Shown piece by piece: positions 1 to 10,924 of a DNA stretch of 64,000 nt. The stretch is from Candidatus Omnitrophota bacterium (lineage in GTDB: Bacteria; Omnitrophota; Gorgyraeia; Gygaellales; Profunditerraquicolaceae). Below the pieces are notes generated by a model, which saw only the letters and a program-made list of their open reading frames with translations, made no database searches and was not told the origin of the DNA. Position numbers and translations under genes: made by a program. How positions within the stretch are numbered: the first letter of the stretch is position 1; each line of letters begins with the position of its first letter. The stretch spans positions 7,773 through 71,772 of the forward strand of contig JAQTQJ010000008.1 in NCBI GenBank assembly GCA_028712255.1, in the 5' to 3' direction.

Positions 1-22
1 AAGGTTATTCTACAATAAAATT

Positions 23-1054
23 ATGGGTTTTACATATTTACAGAAAATTCCGACACCGGCGCAGATTGTGCAAGATATGCCTATATCCGCAAAATTAAAA
101 AAAATAAAAGCGGATAGAGACAAAGATATTATAAATGTTTTAAAAGGCAAAGATAACCGGTTGCTTTTGATTATCGGCCCATGTTCGGCTGATGATGAAG
201 AGGCGCTCTCTGAATATGTAGCAGGCCTTGCTCAACTTCAAGACACGGTTAAAGATAAGTTGATTTTAATTCCGCGTATCTATACGAACAAGCCGCGTAC
301 AACTGGTCAAGGTTATAAAGGAATGTTACATCAGCCTAAAGCTTCAGAGGGGCCGAATATCTTTCAGGGGATTATCGCTATCCGGCGTATGCATCTGAGA
401 GTTTTAGCCGAATCCGGCTTGACTGCTGCTGATGAGATGCTATATCCGGGAAACTATCCTTATTTAGAGGATGTCTTAAGTTATGTAACTATTGGTGCCC
501 GTTCTGTGGAAAACCAGGAGCATCGCCTCACGGTAAGCGGTTTGGATATTCCCGCAGGTATGAAAAATCCGACTAGCGGCGATTTAAATGTTTTATTAAA
601 TTCTGTACAGGCTGCTCAAATTCAACATACTTTTATTTATAACGGTTGGGAGGTTAAGACTAAAGGTAATCCTTTGGCGCATTGTATTTTGCGTGGGGCA
701 ATTAACAATCACGGCCAGAGCATTCCTAATTATCATTATGAAGATTTAATTAATTTTGCGCAACTTTATTTAAAACGCAATCTTGCCAATCCTGTGATAA
801 TTGTTGATACAAATCATGCTAATTCCGATAAAAAATTCCGTGAACAACCCAGGATTGCCGAAGAGGTAATGAATAGTTTGAATAAGTCTAAAGATTTAAA
901 AAAGATGGTTAAGGGGTTGATGGTGGAAAGTTATCTTAAAGAAGGTTCACAAGAGGTTACGGGAAAGGTATTCGGGCAATCAATTACCGATCCTTGTTTA
1001 GGTTGGCCTGATACTAAAGAATTAATTTTAATATTGGCTGGTAAAAATAAATAG
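23..1054 (+). CDS. 3-deoxy-7-phosphoheptulonate (DAHP) synthase, class I
   Basis: 343 aa; KPRTTGQGYKG and IGARSVENQEHR-type motifs of AroG/F/H-class DAHP synthases. Confidence 0.88.
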   Translation: MGFTYLQKIPTPAQIVQDMPISAKLKKIKADRDKDIINVLKGKDNRLLLIIGPCSADDEEALSEYVAGLAQLQDTVKDKLILIPRIYTNKPRTTGQGYKGMLHQPKASEGPNIFQGIIAIRRMHLRVLAESGLTAADEMLYPGNYPYLEDVLSYVTIGARSVENQEHRLTVSGLDIPAGMKNPTSGDLNVLLNSVQAAQIQHTFIYNGWEVKTKGNPLAHCILRGAINNHGQSIPNYHYEDLINFAQLYLKRNLANPVIIVDTNHANSDKKFREQPRIAEEVMNSLNKSKDLKKMVKGLMVESYLKEGSQEVTGKVFGQSITDPCLGWPDTKELILILAGKNK

Positions 1055-1063
1055 GAGTTTTAA

Positions 1064-2530
1064 ATGGGGATAAAATTTGATTTTAATAATTTGTTTAGTT
1101 TTAGTGTCAGAGAACATGGCGTAAGCCAGCAGGATATTGATGAGATTATGCCAAGTGCCCAAAAAGCAGCAGCGCACTTAAAGAAAATTATTGCTGATCC
1201 GGCTGCAAGAGTAAAATTACAGTTAGAATGGGTAAAATTACCTGAGCAAAAAAATGAAGATATCGATAGGATTAAAAAACTAGCCCGCCAGATTTCTAAG
1301 AAATATGAAAATGTACTTTTTTTAGGAATTGGAGGTTCATATCTTGGACTAAAAGCAGCTCAGGATGCATTGTGTGCTCCTTATTATAATGAATTTAAAC
1401 CTTTAAGAAAAAAATCACCGCGTATTTATTTGGAAGGCAATAATCTTGATCCGGATACTTTAGCTACTATATTGAAGAATCTTAATCCAAAAAAAACATT
1501 TGTAGTTGTTATTTCTAAATCGGGTGAGACTACTGAAACCAAAGTAGCTTTTATTTTGGTTGAGGCCTGGCTTAAGAAAGCGGTGGGGACAAAATACGGC
1601 AGGCAGGTTTTGGCAATTACCGATCCTGAATCAGGGTCTTTGCGTAAGAGAGTGGAGCTGGAACAAAAAAAAGATGCTTTAAGTTTTCAATCTTTACCGC
1701 TTTTAAAAGGGGTCGGAGGCAGGTATTCCGAGTTTAATATGGGCCTCTTGCATTTGGCAATTGTAGGCATAGACATATCGGAGTTATTCTCTGGAGCCAA
1801 AGATATGTTCACCAGATGTAGCCAGGAGGATATCTTAAAAAATCCTGCCTACATGTATGCTTTGTTGCATACGGTACTTTATCGCAAAAAAGCAAAATCT
1901 CTGGCAATTCTGATGCCGTTTTCTCAGACACTTAAATCTACCGCTGATTGGTATGTGCAGCTTCTAGCAGAAAGCTTAGGCAAGAAATATCACCGTAAAA
2001 TTGAAGTGGGTAAAGATGGGGTAGAAAACTGGCTAGTCGATAAAGAAAATTTATTTAACCATGGCCGTACGCCAATATCAGCTGCCGGTACCAATGACTT
2101 GCATTCGATTCAGCAAAATAATGTTGAGGGTGATAATAATAAGGTAGTTACTTTTATTCGGGTGGAGAAATTTAAAGCAGAGTTAAAAATTCCTGTAAAA
2201 TTTGACTTTCTATCTGGTAGGAGTTTTAGTGGGCTTATGAAGTTGGCCCAGGAAGCAACGGAGTGGGCCTTAGTTAGCCAGAACCGCCCTAATTGTACGA
2301 TTATCATGCCTGAAGTTAACGCCTATAACTGGGGTGCTTTGTTATTTTTCTTTGAGTTAGCTACTGCTTTTGAAGGTGAGTTGGAAAACGTAAATGCCTT
2401 TGACCAGCCGGGTGTAGAAGGCTATAAAAATTATATGTATTATAAATTAGGCAAACTCGGAATTCCGCAAGTGATTACTGATGAAATTAAGAATAAGCCA
2501 TTAATTAAAAAATCTGAATATATACTTTGA
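1064..2530 (+). CDS. pgi: glucose-6-phosphate isomerase
   Basis: 488 aa; GIGGSYLG and ISKSGETTET sugar-isomerase (SIS) signatures. Confidence 0.88.
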   Translation: MGIKFDFNNLFSFSVREHGVSQQDIDEIMPSAQKAAAHLKKIIADPAARVKLQLEWVKLPEQKNEDIDRIKKLARQISKKYENVLFLGIGGSYLGLKAAQDALCAPYYNEFKPLRKKSPRIYLEGNNLDPDTLATILKNLNPKKTFVVVISKSGETTETKVAFILVEAWLKKAVGTKYGRQVLAITDPESGSLRKRVELEQKKDALSFQSLPLLKGVGGRYSEFNMGLLHLAIVGIDISELFSGAKDMFTRCSQEDILKNPAYMYALLHTVLYRKKAKSLAILMPFSQTLKSTADWYVQLLAESLGKKYHRKIEVGKDGVENWLVDKENLFNHGRTPISAAGTNDLHSIQQNNVEGDNNKVVTFIRVEKFKAELKIPVKFDFLSGRSFSGLMKLAQEATEWALVSQNRPNCTIIMPEVNAYNWGALLFFFELATAFEGELENVNAFDQPGVEGYKNYMYYKLGKLGIPQVITDEIKNKPLIKKSEYIL

Positions 2531-2535
2531 AAAAA

Positions 2536-2587
2536 GGGGACGGTTCTATTTTTCTTCTCTTCAATTAAGAAAAATAGAACCGTCCCC
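2536..2587. repeat. AT-rich perfect palindrome GGGGACGGTTCTATTTTT..AAAAATAGAACCGTCCCC (family i), likely bidirectional terminator/REP-like element
   Basis: perfect inverted repeat seen in sequence between pgi and dus; same motif recurs 7 more times in window. Confidence 0.85.
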
Positions 2588-2596
2588 TTTATTATT

Positions 2597-3565
2597 ATGT
2601 TAAAAATTGGTAAATTAAAACTTGAATCTAATTTAATTTTAGCTCCGATGGCTGGAATTACGGATTTAGCGTATCGGTTACTTTGTCGTAAATTTGGCGC
2701 GGAGCTTACTTTTGTAGAAATGATTAATTGTCGGTCAGTTAGTTTTAAGAGCAAAAGAACTAAGCAGATGCTTTCGACTGTGCCTAAAGATAAGCCTTTA
2801 GGTCTGCAAATATTAGGATGTGAAGAGCAGTATATTTTAAAATCCTTGGAAATTCTAAGAAATTACAAATTTGATATTTTAGATTTTAACGCAGCATGCC
2901 CGGCAAAGAAAGTTGTGCGCAGAGGAGAAGGCTCAGGATTGTTACGCGAGCCTGAAAAATTCGCTAAATTGTTAAAATTAGTGGTGAAGAACTCCTGGCT
3001 TCCGGTAAGCGTGAAGATTCGTTTGGGATGGGATAAGAATTCCGTTAATGCCATAGAGATCGCTTTACTTGCCCAGGATTGCGGAGCAGATGCCTTATTT
3101 ATCCATGGTCGCACCAAAACTCAGGGCTATAGCGGACAAGTAGATTACAAAATAATTGGAGAAGTTAAGAAAGCTTTGTATATACCACTGATTGCCAGTG
3201 GAGATGTTTTTTCTGCACTGTTAGCTAAAAAAATGTTGGATGAAACTGGATGCGATGGCCTGGCGATTGCCCGGGGTTCTTTGGGTAACCCTTGGATATT
3301 TAAAGAGATAAAAGAATATTTAGAGAATGGTAAAATTATTAATCGGCCCAAGGAAAGCGAGATTGCTAGGGTCATGTTGGAACATTTAGGCTCCTGTGTT
3401 GATTTTTACGGAGAAAGAAAGGGAGTGGTAATCTTTCGTAAATTTTACACCTGGTATACCAAGGGTTTAGTTAAGGTGCGCCGTTTAAGAGAGAAATCTT
3501 CGCGTGTAAAAACTAAAATAGAGGTGGAAGAAATTATTTCAGAGGCTTTTAAGAAATATATTTGA
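2597..3565 (+). CDS. dus: tRNA-dihydrouridine synthase
   Basis: 322 aa; LAPMAGITD..FVEM N-terminal Dus signature, TIM-barrel flavoenzyme pattern. Confidence 0.88.
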   Translation: MLKIGKLKLESNLILAPMAGITDLAYRLLCRKFGAELTFVEMINCRSVSFKSKRTKQMLSTVPKDKPLGLQILGCEEQYILKSLEILRNYKFDILDFNAACPAKKVVRRGEGSGLLREPEKFAKLLKLVVKNSWLPVSVKIRLGWDKNSVNAIEIALLAQDCGADALFIHGRTKTQGYSGQVDYKIIGEVKKALYIPLIASGDVFSALLAKKMLDETGCDGLAIARGSLGNPWIFKEIKEYLENGKIINRPKESEIARVMLEHLGSCVDFYGERKGVVIFRKFYTWYTKGLVKVRRLREKSSRVKTKIEVEEIISEAFKKYI

Positions 3566-3753
3566 TAATAAAGATAAATTTCTTGCTATTTATTATTAAA
3601 AATAGTAGAATTAAAATAGATGTGAGTCTGTGGATAAACGTATCATAACATAGTACCCCGCGCTAATAGCACCTGGCCTTAAAGGAATTGGGTCAGTGTT
3701 CGCCTGGTGGCGAAGAATTGTGCGGGTATGCCCTTGTGGGCAAGGAGGTGGTT

Positions 3754-3816
3754 ATGAGCTGTGGATCATGCGGACCAAAGAAACCAAAGAAAAAAGCAAA
3801 GAAGAAAAAGAAATAA
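3754..3816 (+). CDS. tiny Lys-rich peptide MSCGSCGPKKPKKKAKKKKK (20 aa), hypothetical
   Basis: AGGAGG Shine-Dalgarno 6 nt upstream of ATG; followed immediately by strong hairpin terminator; no homolog recognised. Confidence 0.35.
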   Translation: MSCGSCGPKKPKKKAKKKKK

Positions 3817-3823
3817 GTTTTAA

Positions 3824-3860
3824 GGGGCAGATCGATAATTTTTGATCTGCCCCTTGTTTT
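3824..3860 (+). terminator. rho-independent terminator GGGGCAGATCgataatttttGATCTGCCCC + T tract
   Basis: 10-bp perfect stem followed by TTGTTTT. Confidence 0.7.
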
Positions 3861-3872
3861 CTAGGAGGCCAA

Positions 3873-4730
3873 ATGCCCAGAACAATAACTTTCAAAGACT
3901 CACCCCTAACTTTAGTGGGAAGGGTTTTAAAAACCGAAACTTTCGCCCCGAATTTTATGGTTATTTCACAGGATTTAAAAGAGGTTAATTATTCGGATTT
4001 TTCAGGTAAAATAAAAATAATCGCTTCATTCCCATCTTTGGATACGCCGGTATGCGATTTACAGGTTAAAGAGTTTAATAAAAGAGCCTCTCAAATATCT
4101 TCAGAAGTAGTAATTTTGGGAATCAGTAAAGATTTACCTTTTGCCCAGAAGCGATTTTGTTCAATGAATGAAATCAAAAACGAAATTGTGTTATCTGATT
4201 ATAAATATTCTTCTTTCGGCATAAATTACGGCTTGCTTATTAAGGAATTAAATCTTTTAGCCAGGTCTGTTTTTATTGTAGATAAAAATGATGCCATTAG
4301 ATATATTCAAATCGTTGGGGAGTTAACTAATCCTCTTGATTATGAAGATGTCCTGAAGAACTTGGATACTGTAATTAAAAAACCGACACTTCCTTTAAAT
4401 AAGACGGCTTTACCTTCTAAATGTATTCCTTGTGAAGGTAAAGTTTTGCCATTACCTAAAGATAAAATAGAAGCAATGTTAGCTCAATCCCACGGTTGGG
4501 AATTAGTAGACGATAAAAAAATAGTTAAAGAATTTAAATTTGTAGATTTTATCGAAGCAAAATATTTTCTGGATCTTGTATCAGCTATCGCCCAGGACCA
4601 GGGGCACCATCCTACACTGACCTTAATTTATAATAAATTAAAAGTTACCCTGACTACGCACGTAGCCGGCGGCCTAACCGAGAATGATTTTATTATGGCG
4701 GGTATTATTAATGAGCTGGGGATAGCTTAG
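3873..4730 (+). CDS. tpx: thiol peroxidase (Tpx, atypical 2-Cys peroxiredoxin) fused to pterin-4a-carbinolamine dehydratase (PCD/DCoH) domain
   Basis: N-terminal 170 aa with SLDTPVC peroxidatic-Cys motif of Tpx; C-terminal 110 aa with E-x3-HHP..Y..H PCD signature (QDQGHHPTLTLIYNKLKVTLTTH). Confidence 0.8.
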   Translation: MPRTITFKDSPLTLVGRVLKTETFAPNFMVISQDLKEVNYSDFSGKIKIIASFPSLDTPVCDLQVKEFNKRASQISSEVVILGISKDLPFAQKRFCSMNEIKNEIVLSDYKYSSFGINYGLLIKELNLLARSVFIVDKNDAIRYIQIVGELTNPLDYEDVLKNLDTVIKKPTLPLNKTALPSKCIPCEGKVLPLPKDKIEAMLAQSHGWELVDDKKIVKEFKFVDFIEAKYFLDLVSAIAQDQGHHPTLTLIYNKLKVTLTTHVAGGLTENDFIMAGIINELGIA

Positions 4731-4731
4731 T

Positions 4732-6401
4732 ATGAACGATTTTTCTGTGCTTATTGGAGGCAAAGCAGGTTTTGGCATTGATAAATCCGCCACAGTAATA
4801 GGGGCAATCTTTAATCAACTTAGTTATCGCACCTATATCTACCGTGATTATCCTTCTCTTATCAGAGGAGGTCATAGCTTTTCCATTGTTCGCCTTTCAC
4901 AGGAAAGAATCGCCACCCATAAAGAAAAAATAGATTTTATTCTTGCTCTAAATCAGGATACCTTCAACTTTCATAAAAATAGAGCTAATGATAATTGTGT
5001 GATTATCTATGATTCAGATACGGTTAAAATAGAGGGAGCGCCAGCCAATGCTCAGCTTCAGGGGATTTCTGTATCAAAGATTATAAAAGAAGAGAATGCA
5101 AATGAGATAATGCTAAATAGTTGCATAATCGGCGCGCTTGTAAAAGCCTCCGGAGTAAATTGGCATGTCCTAGATAGTATTTTTAGAAAAGAGTTTACCA
5201 AAGAGACCGATCTTAATTTAAAGGTTGCACGCCGTGGTTTTGATGAAGCAAAGGAATTTAAAAAGATAGAACCTTTATCGCAGAATATCCTTCCCTTGTC
5301 TACCGGTAATCAAGCAGTAGGCTTGGGTTTAATTAAAGGTGGGCTTAAGGCGTATATATCTTATCCAATGACTCCAACATCTCCTATTTTACATTTTCTG
5401 GCAGAAATTGCTCTTGAGCATCACCTAAAGGTTCTTCATCCGGAAAGCGAAATCGGAGTAATCCTTATGGCCTTAGGGTTTTCTTATATGGGAGAGAAAG
5501 TTGCCGTAGGCACAAGTGGTGGTGGATTTTGTTTGATGACTGAGGGTTTAAGTTTTGCGGGAATGAGCGAGTTGCCTGTTGTAATTGTCGTCGGCCAGCG
5601 GCCGGGACCTTCAACCGGGTTACCTACATATTCTGCGCAAACCGATCTATATTTTGTCTTAAGTGCCGGCCAGGGAGAATTTACGCGTTTTGTTGTCGCT
5701 CCTGGAGATACGGAGGAGGCATATTTCTGGTCGGCTACTGCCATGAATATGAGCTGGGAATATCAGGTGCCTTCAATTATACTTACCGATAAAAATTTAG
5801 GAGAAGGGCTTTTTAATTTTGATATAAATTCTGTATCTCAAATAAAAGAAGCGGTGTCCTTATCGTGGGATGGAAAATCTCCTTACAAAAGATATCAGGA
5901 TACAGAAAATGGAGTTTCTCCTTTGGCTTTTGCTCTCGCTAAAGATGCGGTTATTAAAGTTAACAGTTACGAACATGATGAGTATGGTATAACTACTGAA
6001 GATCCTAAATTGACTATATCGATGCAGAATAAACGTCTGCGTAAGGAAAAATATTTAGCGCAGGAGCTTGATAAGATCGAAACCGTCAAAGTTTACGGAA
6101 ATGAAAATTCTGATGTTAGCCTGCTTTGCTGGGGGTCGAATAAAGGGGTTTGTATTGAGGCGGCTAACAACCTGGGTTTAAAAGTTATCCAGCCTTTAGT
6201 GTTATCTCCATTTCCAATAAAACAATTCCAAAAAGCTTTGGAAAGAACGAAAAAGTTAATTTCTATAGAGAATAATGCTACGGCTCAGCTGGGGCGCTTG
6301 ATTAAAACATTCGGCTTTAATGTGGACCAGAATATTCTAAAATATGATGGGCGTCCTTTTTCTTTGGATGAGCTGGAAGAGTTAATAAAAGGAACTATAC
6401 G

Positions 6402-6405
<4 letters not shown>
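4732..6405 (+). CDS. 2-oxoacid:ferredoxin oxidoreductase, alpha subunit (KorA/OFOR alpha-type)
   Basis: 557 aa; pyruvate/2-oxoglutarate ferredoxin oxidoreductase alpha-gamma fused architecture; start is 2 nt after the tpx fusion stop, stop overlaps beta subunit start by 4 nt. Confidence 0.8.
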
Positions 6406-7193
<788 letters not shown>

Positions 7194-7222
7194 TCGCGTT
7201 TGTTATCGTATAGGATAAATTT

Positions 7223-7663
7223 ATGAATGAATATTTAAAAGTTGCTATAGAGCAAGCAAGGGCAGGGTTAAAAGAAGGTGGTATCCCAGTAGGGTCGGTT
7301 CTTGTTTATGCTGGTAAAATAATTGGCCGTGGGCATAACCGACGCGTTCAAAAAAATAGCGTAATTTTGCATGCTGAAATGGATGCTTTAGAAAATGCCG
7401 GCCGCCTGCCACTAGCTGTATATAAACAATGCATACTATACACGACGCTTTCTCCCTGTGCTATGTGTTCGGGAGCGATAATTCTTTATCAGATCCCGCG
7501 CGTGGTTATTGGAGAAAATAAGACATTTATGGGGCAAGAAAAGCTTTTGCAGGCAAGAGGAGTGCAGTTGGAAGTTTTACAGGATGAAACTTGTATTGGA
7601 CTTATGAGGAGTTTTGTTCAGGGTAATTCGAAGCTTTGGAATGAGGATATTGGCTCAGAATAA
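7223..7663 (+). CDS. CMP/dCMP-type zinc deaminase (TadA-like nucleoside/tRNA adenosine deaminase)
   Basis: 146 aa; HAEMDAL ... SPCAMCSGA zinc-binding motifs. Confidence 0.75.
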   Translation: MNEYLKVAIEQARAGLKEGGIPVGSVLVYAGKIIGRGHNRRVQKNSVILHAEMDALENAGRLPLAVYKQCILYTTLSPCAMCSGAIILYQIPRVVIGENKTFMGQEKLLQARGVQLEVLQDETCIGLMRSFVQGNSKLWNEDIGSE

Positions 7664-7737
7664 AAGCCCAAGACTCTTAAATTACTTGCAATTTTAAAAA
7701 TAAAGAGGATAATCAATTTTTATACAAAGGAGGGAGT

Positions 7738-8049
7738 ATGGGAAAGAAAAATTTGGTAGTTATTGCAATTGTGTTAATAATTTTAGTTGTTACTATTGGT
7801 ATTGCCTATCAAAGCTATGGATATGTGAAATTAATGAAAAAACAGGTTGATACATTAAATGGCGTAATTGAGCAAAAGGATGTTGAGATAGCCAAGCTTA
7901 CTCAAGAAATAGAGGTAAAGGAAGATGAGCTAAGCAGTGTTAAAGCACAACTGGATACCGTAAAAAAAATAACCAGTGAAGCCAATGTACAAATCAATAA
8001 AGTTATTGAGCAGCCAGTTGTTCAAGAGTCTCAACCTCTTACTAAATAA
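7738..8049 (+). CDS. hypothetical membrane-anchored coiled-coil protein
   Basis: 103 aa; N-terminal TM helix (VVIAIVLIILVVTIGIA) then heptad-like K/E-rich segment; good RBS; strong terminator follows. Confidence 0.5.
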   Translation: MGKKNLVVIAIVLIILVVTIGIAYQSYGYVKLMKKQVDTLNGVIEQKDVEIAKLTQEIEVKEDELSSVKAQLDTVKKITSEANVQINKVIEQPVVQESQPLTK

Positions 8050-8071
8050 AGAATAAAGTAAAACAAAAAAG

Positions 8072-8096
8072 CCCCGATTGTTTCCGGGGTTTTTTG
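8072..8096 (+). terminator. rho-independent terminator CCCCGattgtttcCGGGG + T7
   Basis: seen in sequence. Confidence 0.75.
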
Positions 8097-8220
8097 TAGG
8101 TGATAGGCCTAATAGCTTTCGCTATCCTTACTAGCCTCCTGTTATGTGCGTTTCTCTCACCTTCTAAATGAAGTATGCCATATAAATATCTAAATTTCAA
8201 GTCCCATCCAAAAATATATT

Positions 8221-8275
8221 GGGACCGTTTCTATTTTTTTATATTTTTAAAATAGTAAAAAATAGAAACGGTCCC
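8221..8275. repeat. AT-rich palindrome family i copy (GGGACCGTTTCTATTTTT..AAAAATAGAAACGGTCCC)
   Basis: perfect 18-bp arms upstream of recG. Confidence 0.85.
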
Positions 8276-8300
8276 TGATTTTATATAGTATAATAATCTT

Positions 8301-10376
8301 ATGCAAAACACCTCAATTCAATATCTTAAAGGCGTCGGGCCAAAACGCGCCAAAAGCTTTCTTACCCGCGGTATAGAGAGTATTGAGGATCTGTTATATT
8401 ATTTTCCGCGCCGCTATGAAGACCGTACAAATTTTGCCAGCATTTCTAAGCTTAAAGATGGCCAAATTTATACCATAAAAGCTCAGGTTTTGGCTGCAGG
8501 CCAGCATAATTCCTGGCGCAGGCGTTCATTTAGTATTACCGAAGCAGTGCTTGGGGACAATACTGGGAAAATCTCTTGTGTTTGGTTTAATCAGCCATAT
8601 CTTAAATCGTATCTTTTGCCCGGTGCGTCGATGATTCTTTATGGAAAAGTCCAGCGGTATAATGCCAAGTTGCAGATGAGCAACCCGGAATTTGAATTTA
8701 TTGACAGTCAGGAAGATTCTTTAAATGCAGGTAGGATTGTTCCGGTTTATACTTTGCCGCAGGGTTTTAGTCAGCGCAGTATGCGCTATTTAATCAAGAG
8801 TACCCTTGAGGAGTTTCTGCCGAAAGTTAATGATGCTTTACCTTTTGATTTACGTTCTCGTAACAATTTAATTAATCTGGCAGAGAGTCTGCTAAATATC
8901 CATTTCCCGAAAGATCTGGATTTGCAGAAGCAGGCGCACAGGCGTTTAAGTTTCGAAGAGTTTTTTATTTTCCAGCTACCGCTTGTTTTAAGAAAGCTAA
9001 GCCGTAAAGAGAAAAAAGGCATCCCTCACATTGTCGAAGGTAAATTGAACGAAGATTTTATTTTTAATCTGCCTTTTAAGTTGACCAGTGCTCAAGCTAA
9101 GGCCTTGACGGAAATAAAAGCGGATATGGCAGTATCCCAAGCCATGCAACGGCTCCTGCAAGGAGACGTAGGGTCAGGCAAAACTGTAGTGGCTACTTTA
9201 GCTTGTTTAATTGCCATTCAAAGCGGTTATCAGGCAGCATTTATGGCGCCCACAGAGATACTGGCTCGCCAGCATTATGAAAAAATATCTTTGCAGCTAG
9301 CCAAGTTAAATTTTTCCGGCCGAAATTTAAAGGTAGGTTTATTAGTTGGGCAGGATAAGCAGAAGGAAAAAATATATCGGGATTTAAAAGAGGGAAGGAT
9401 TGATTTGATTATTGGCACACATGCCTTGCTGCAGGAAGAATTAATTTTTAAGAATTTGAGTTTCATAGTTATTGATGAGCAGCACAAATTTGGCGTAGGC
9501 CAAAGAGCGCTTTTGCCTAAGAAAGGAAATAATCCAGATGTTTTGATTATGACCGCAACCCCGATTCCGCGCACTCTGGCGATTACTCTTTATGGTGATT
9601 TGGATATTTCTGTAATTAATGAACTTCCTGCCGGCAGAATCCCGATCAAAACAATGCATTTTGAGCAGAAAAACATTCAAAAAGCTTACGCTATTGTTAA
9701 GGAGGAGCTAAAATACGGCCGACAGGCTTATGTAATATATCCGGTAATTGAAGAATCCTATGCTTTGGATATTGCCGGAGCCAAGAAAATGTTTGCAGAA
9801 CTTAAATCAAAAGAATTTAAAGATTTCAAACTCGGGCTAATCCATGGCCAACTAAAAACAAAAGAGCAGGATGAAATCATGCTTAAGTTTAAAAATAGGG
9901 AGCTGGATCTTTTGGTCTCAACCACTATTTTAGAAGTAGGTATTGACATTGCCAATGCTACCTGTATGATTATTGATTTTGCGGAACGTTTTGGCTTAAG
10001 CCAACTGCATCAGTTGCGTGGTAGAATAGGTAGAGGAAAGTTACAGTCATTTTGTATGTTAATTTCCGACGCCCAAAGCCAGGAGGCAGCTGCCCGCATG
10101 CAAGCAATGGTAGCTTCAGGGGATGGTTTTCGTATTTCAGAAGAGGATTTAAAGATTAGGGGGCCAGGTGAATTTTTTGGCAGTAGGCAACATGGCTTGG
10201 CTGAGTTAAAGATTGCTAATCCCCTGACGCAAATGCAGCTGCTTAAAGCGGCCAGAGACGAAGCTATTGCTTTACTTAAACAAGATTCTCGGTTAGAGGA
10301 TCGTTCGCACCAATTATTAAAGGCAAAGCTTCTTCAGAGATTCCCGGAGTATGAGAAACTGATGTTAGTGGGGTAA
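8301..10376 (+). CDS. recG: ATP-dependent DNA helicase RecG
   Basis: 691 aa; wedge domain, DVGSGKT Walker A, DEQH box, RGRIGRG motif VI. Confidence 0.92.
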   Translation: MQNTSIQYLKGVGPKRAKSFLTRGIESIEDLLYYFPRRYEDRTNFASISKLKDGQIYTIKAQVLAAGQHNSWRRRSFSITEAVLGDNTGKISCVWFNQPYLKSYLLPGASMILYGKVQRYNAKLQMSNPEFEFIDSQEDSLNAGRIVPVYTLPQGFSQRSMRYLIKSTLEEFLPKVNDALPFDLRSRNNLINLAESLLNIHFPKDLDLQKQAHRRLSFEEFFIFQLPLVLRKLSRKEKKGIPHIVEGKLNEDFIFNLPFKLTSAQAKALTEIKADMAVSQAMQRLLQGDVGSGKTVVATLACLIAIQSGYQAAFMAPTEILARQHYEKISLQLAKLNFSGRNLKVGLLVGQDKQKEKIYRDLKEGRIDLIIGTHALLQEELIFKNLSFIVIDEQHKFGVGQRALLPKKGNNPDVLIMTATPIPRTLAITLYGDLDISVINELPAGRIPIKTMHFEQKNIQKAYAIVKEELKYGRQAYVIYPVIEESYALDIAGAKKMFAELKSKEFKDFKLGLIHGQLKTKEQDEIMLKFKNRELDLLVSTTILEVGIDIANATCMIIDFAERFGLSQLHQLRGRIGRGKLQSFCMLISDAQSQEAAARMQAMVASGDGFRISEEDLKIRGPGEFFGSRQHGLAELKIANPLTQMQLLKAARDEAIALLKQDSRLEDRSHQLLKAKLLQRFPEYEKLMLVG

Positions 10377-10381
10377 TTATC

Positions 10382-10924
10382 ATGCGCATAACTACAGGAA
10401 AATACCGAAATTTTAAGATATACATGCCTAGAGGTATTCGGCCTACCCAGGATAAAGTACGTAAGGCGGTATTTGATATACTGGGGGATATCAGTGGTTT
10501 GACATTTTTAGAGCTTTATGCCGGTTCGGGGGCGGTCGGCTTGGAGGCACTTTCCCGCGGTATCAGCGCTTTAACCATGGTTGAGAGTAATCGAGATTCC
10601 ATATTAGCCATAAAAAAGAATCTTGCGTTGCTTAGGGTTCCTGATTGTAATCTGTATCATTTGGAGGCAGAAAAAGGGGTTAAGCTTTTGGCTCGGGATA
10701 AAAAATTCTTTGATATAATATTCATTGATCCGCCGTACCACCTGGATATGGCAAAAAAAATCTTGCAAACGCTTGAAGGTTATGATATATTAGCGCCTCA
10801 TGGTTTAATAGTTGCGCAGCATTTTAAGTCGGAATTATTGCCAATAGAAAATTCAATTTTTAGTTTAATTAAAGAAGCCAAGTATGGAGATACCTGGCTT
10901 TCAATTTTCAGGAAGAAAGAATAA
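10382..10924 (+). CDS. rsmD: 16S rRNA (guanine966-N2)-methyltransferase RsmD
   Basis: 180 aa; LELYAGSGAVGLEALSRG SAM motif and DPPY catalytic motif. Confidence 0.85.
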   Translation: MRITTGKYRNFKIYMPRGIRPTQDKVRKAVFDILGDISGLTFLELYAGSGAVGLEALSRGISALTMVESNRDSILAIKKNLALLRVPDCNLYHLEAEKGVKLLARDKKFFDIIFIDPPYHLDMAKKILQTLEGYDILAPHGLIVAQHFKSELLPIENSIFSLIKEAKYGDTWLSIFRKKE

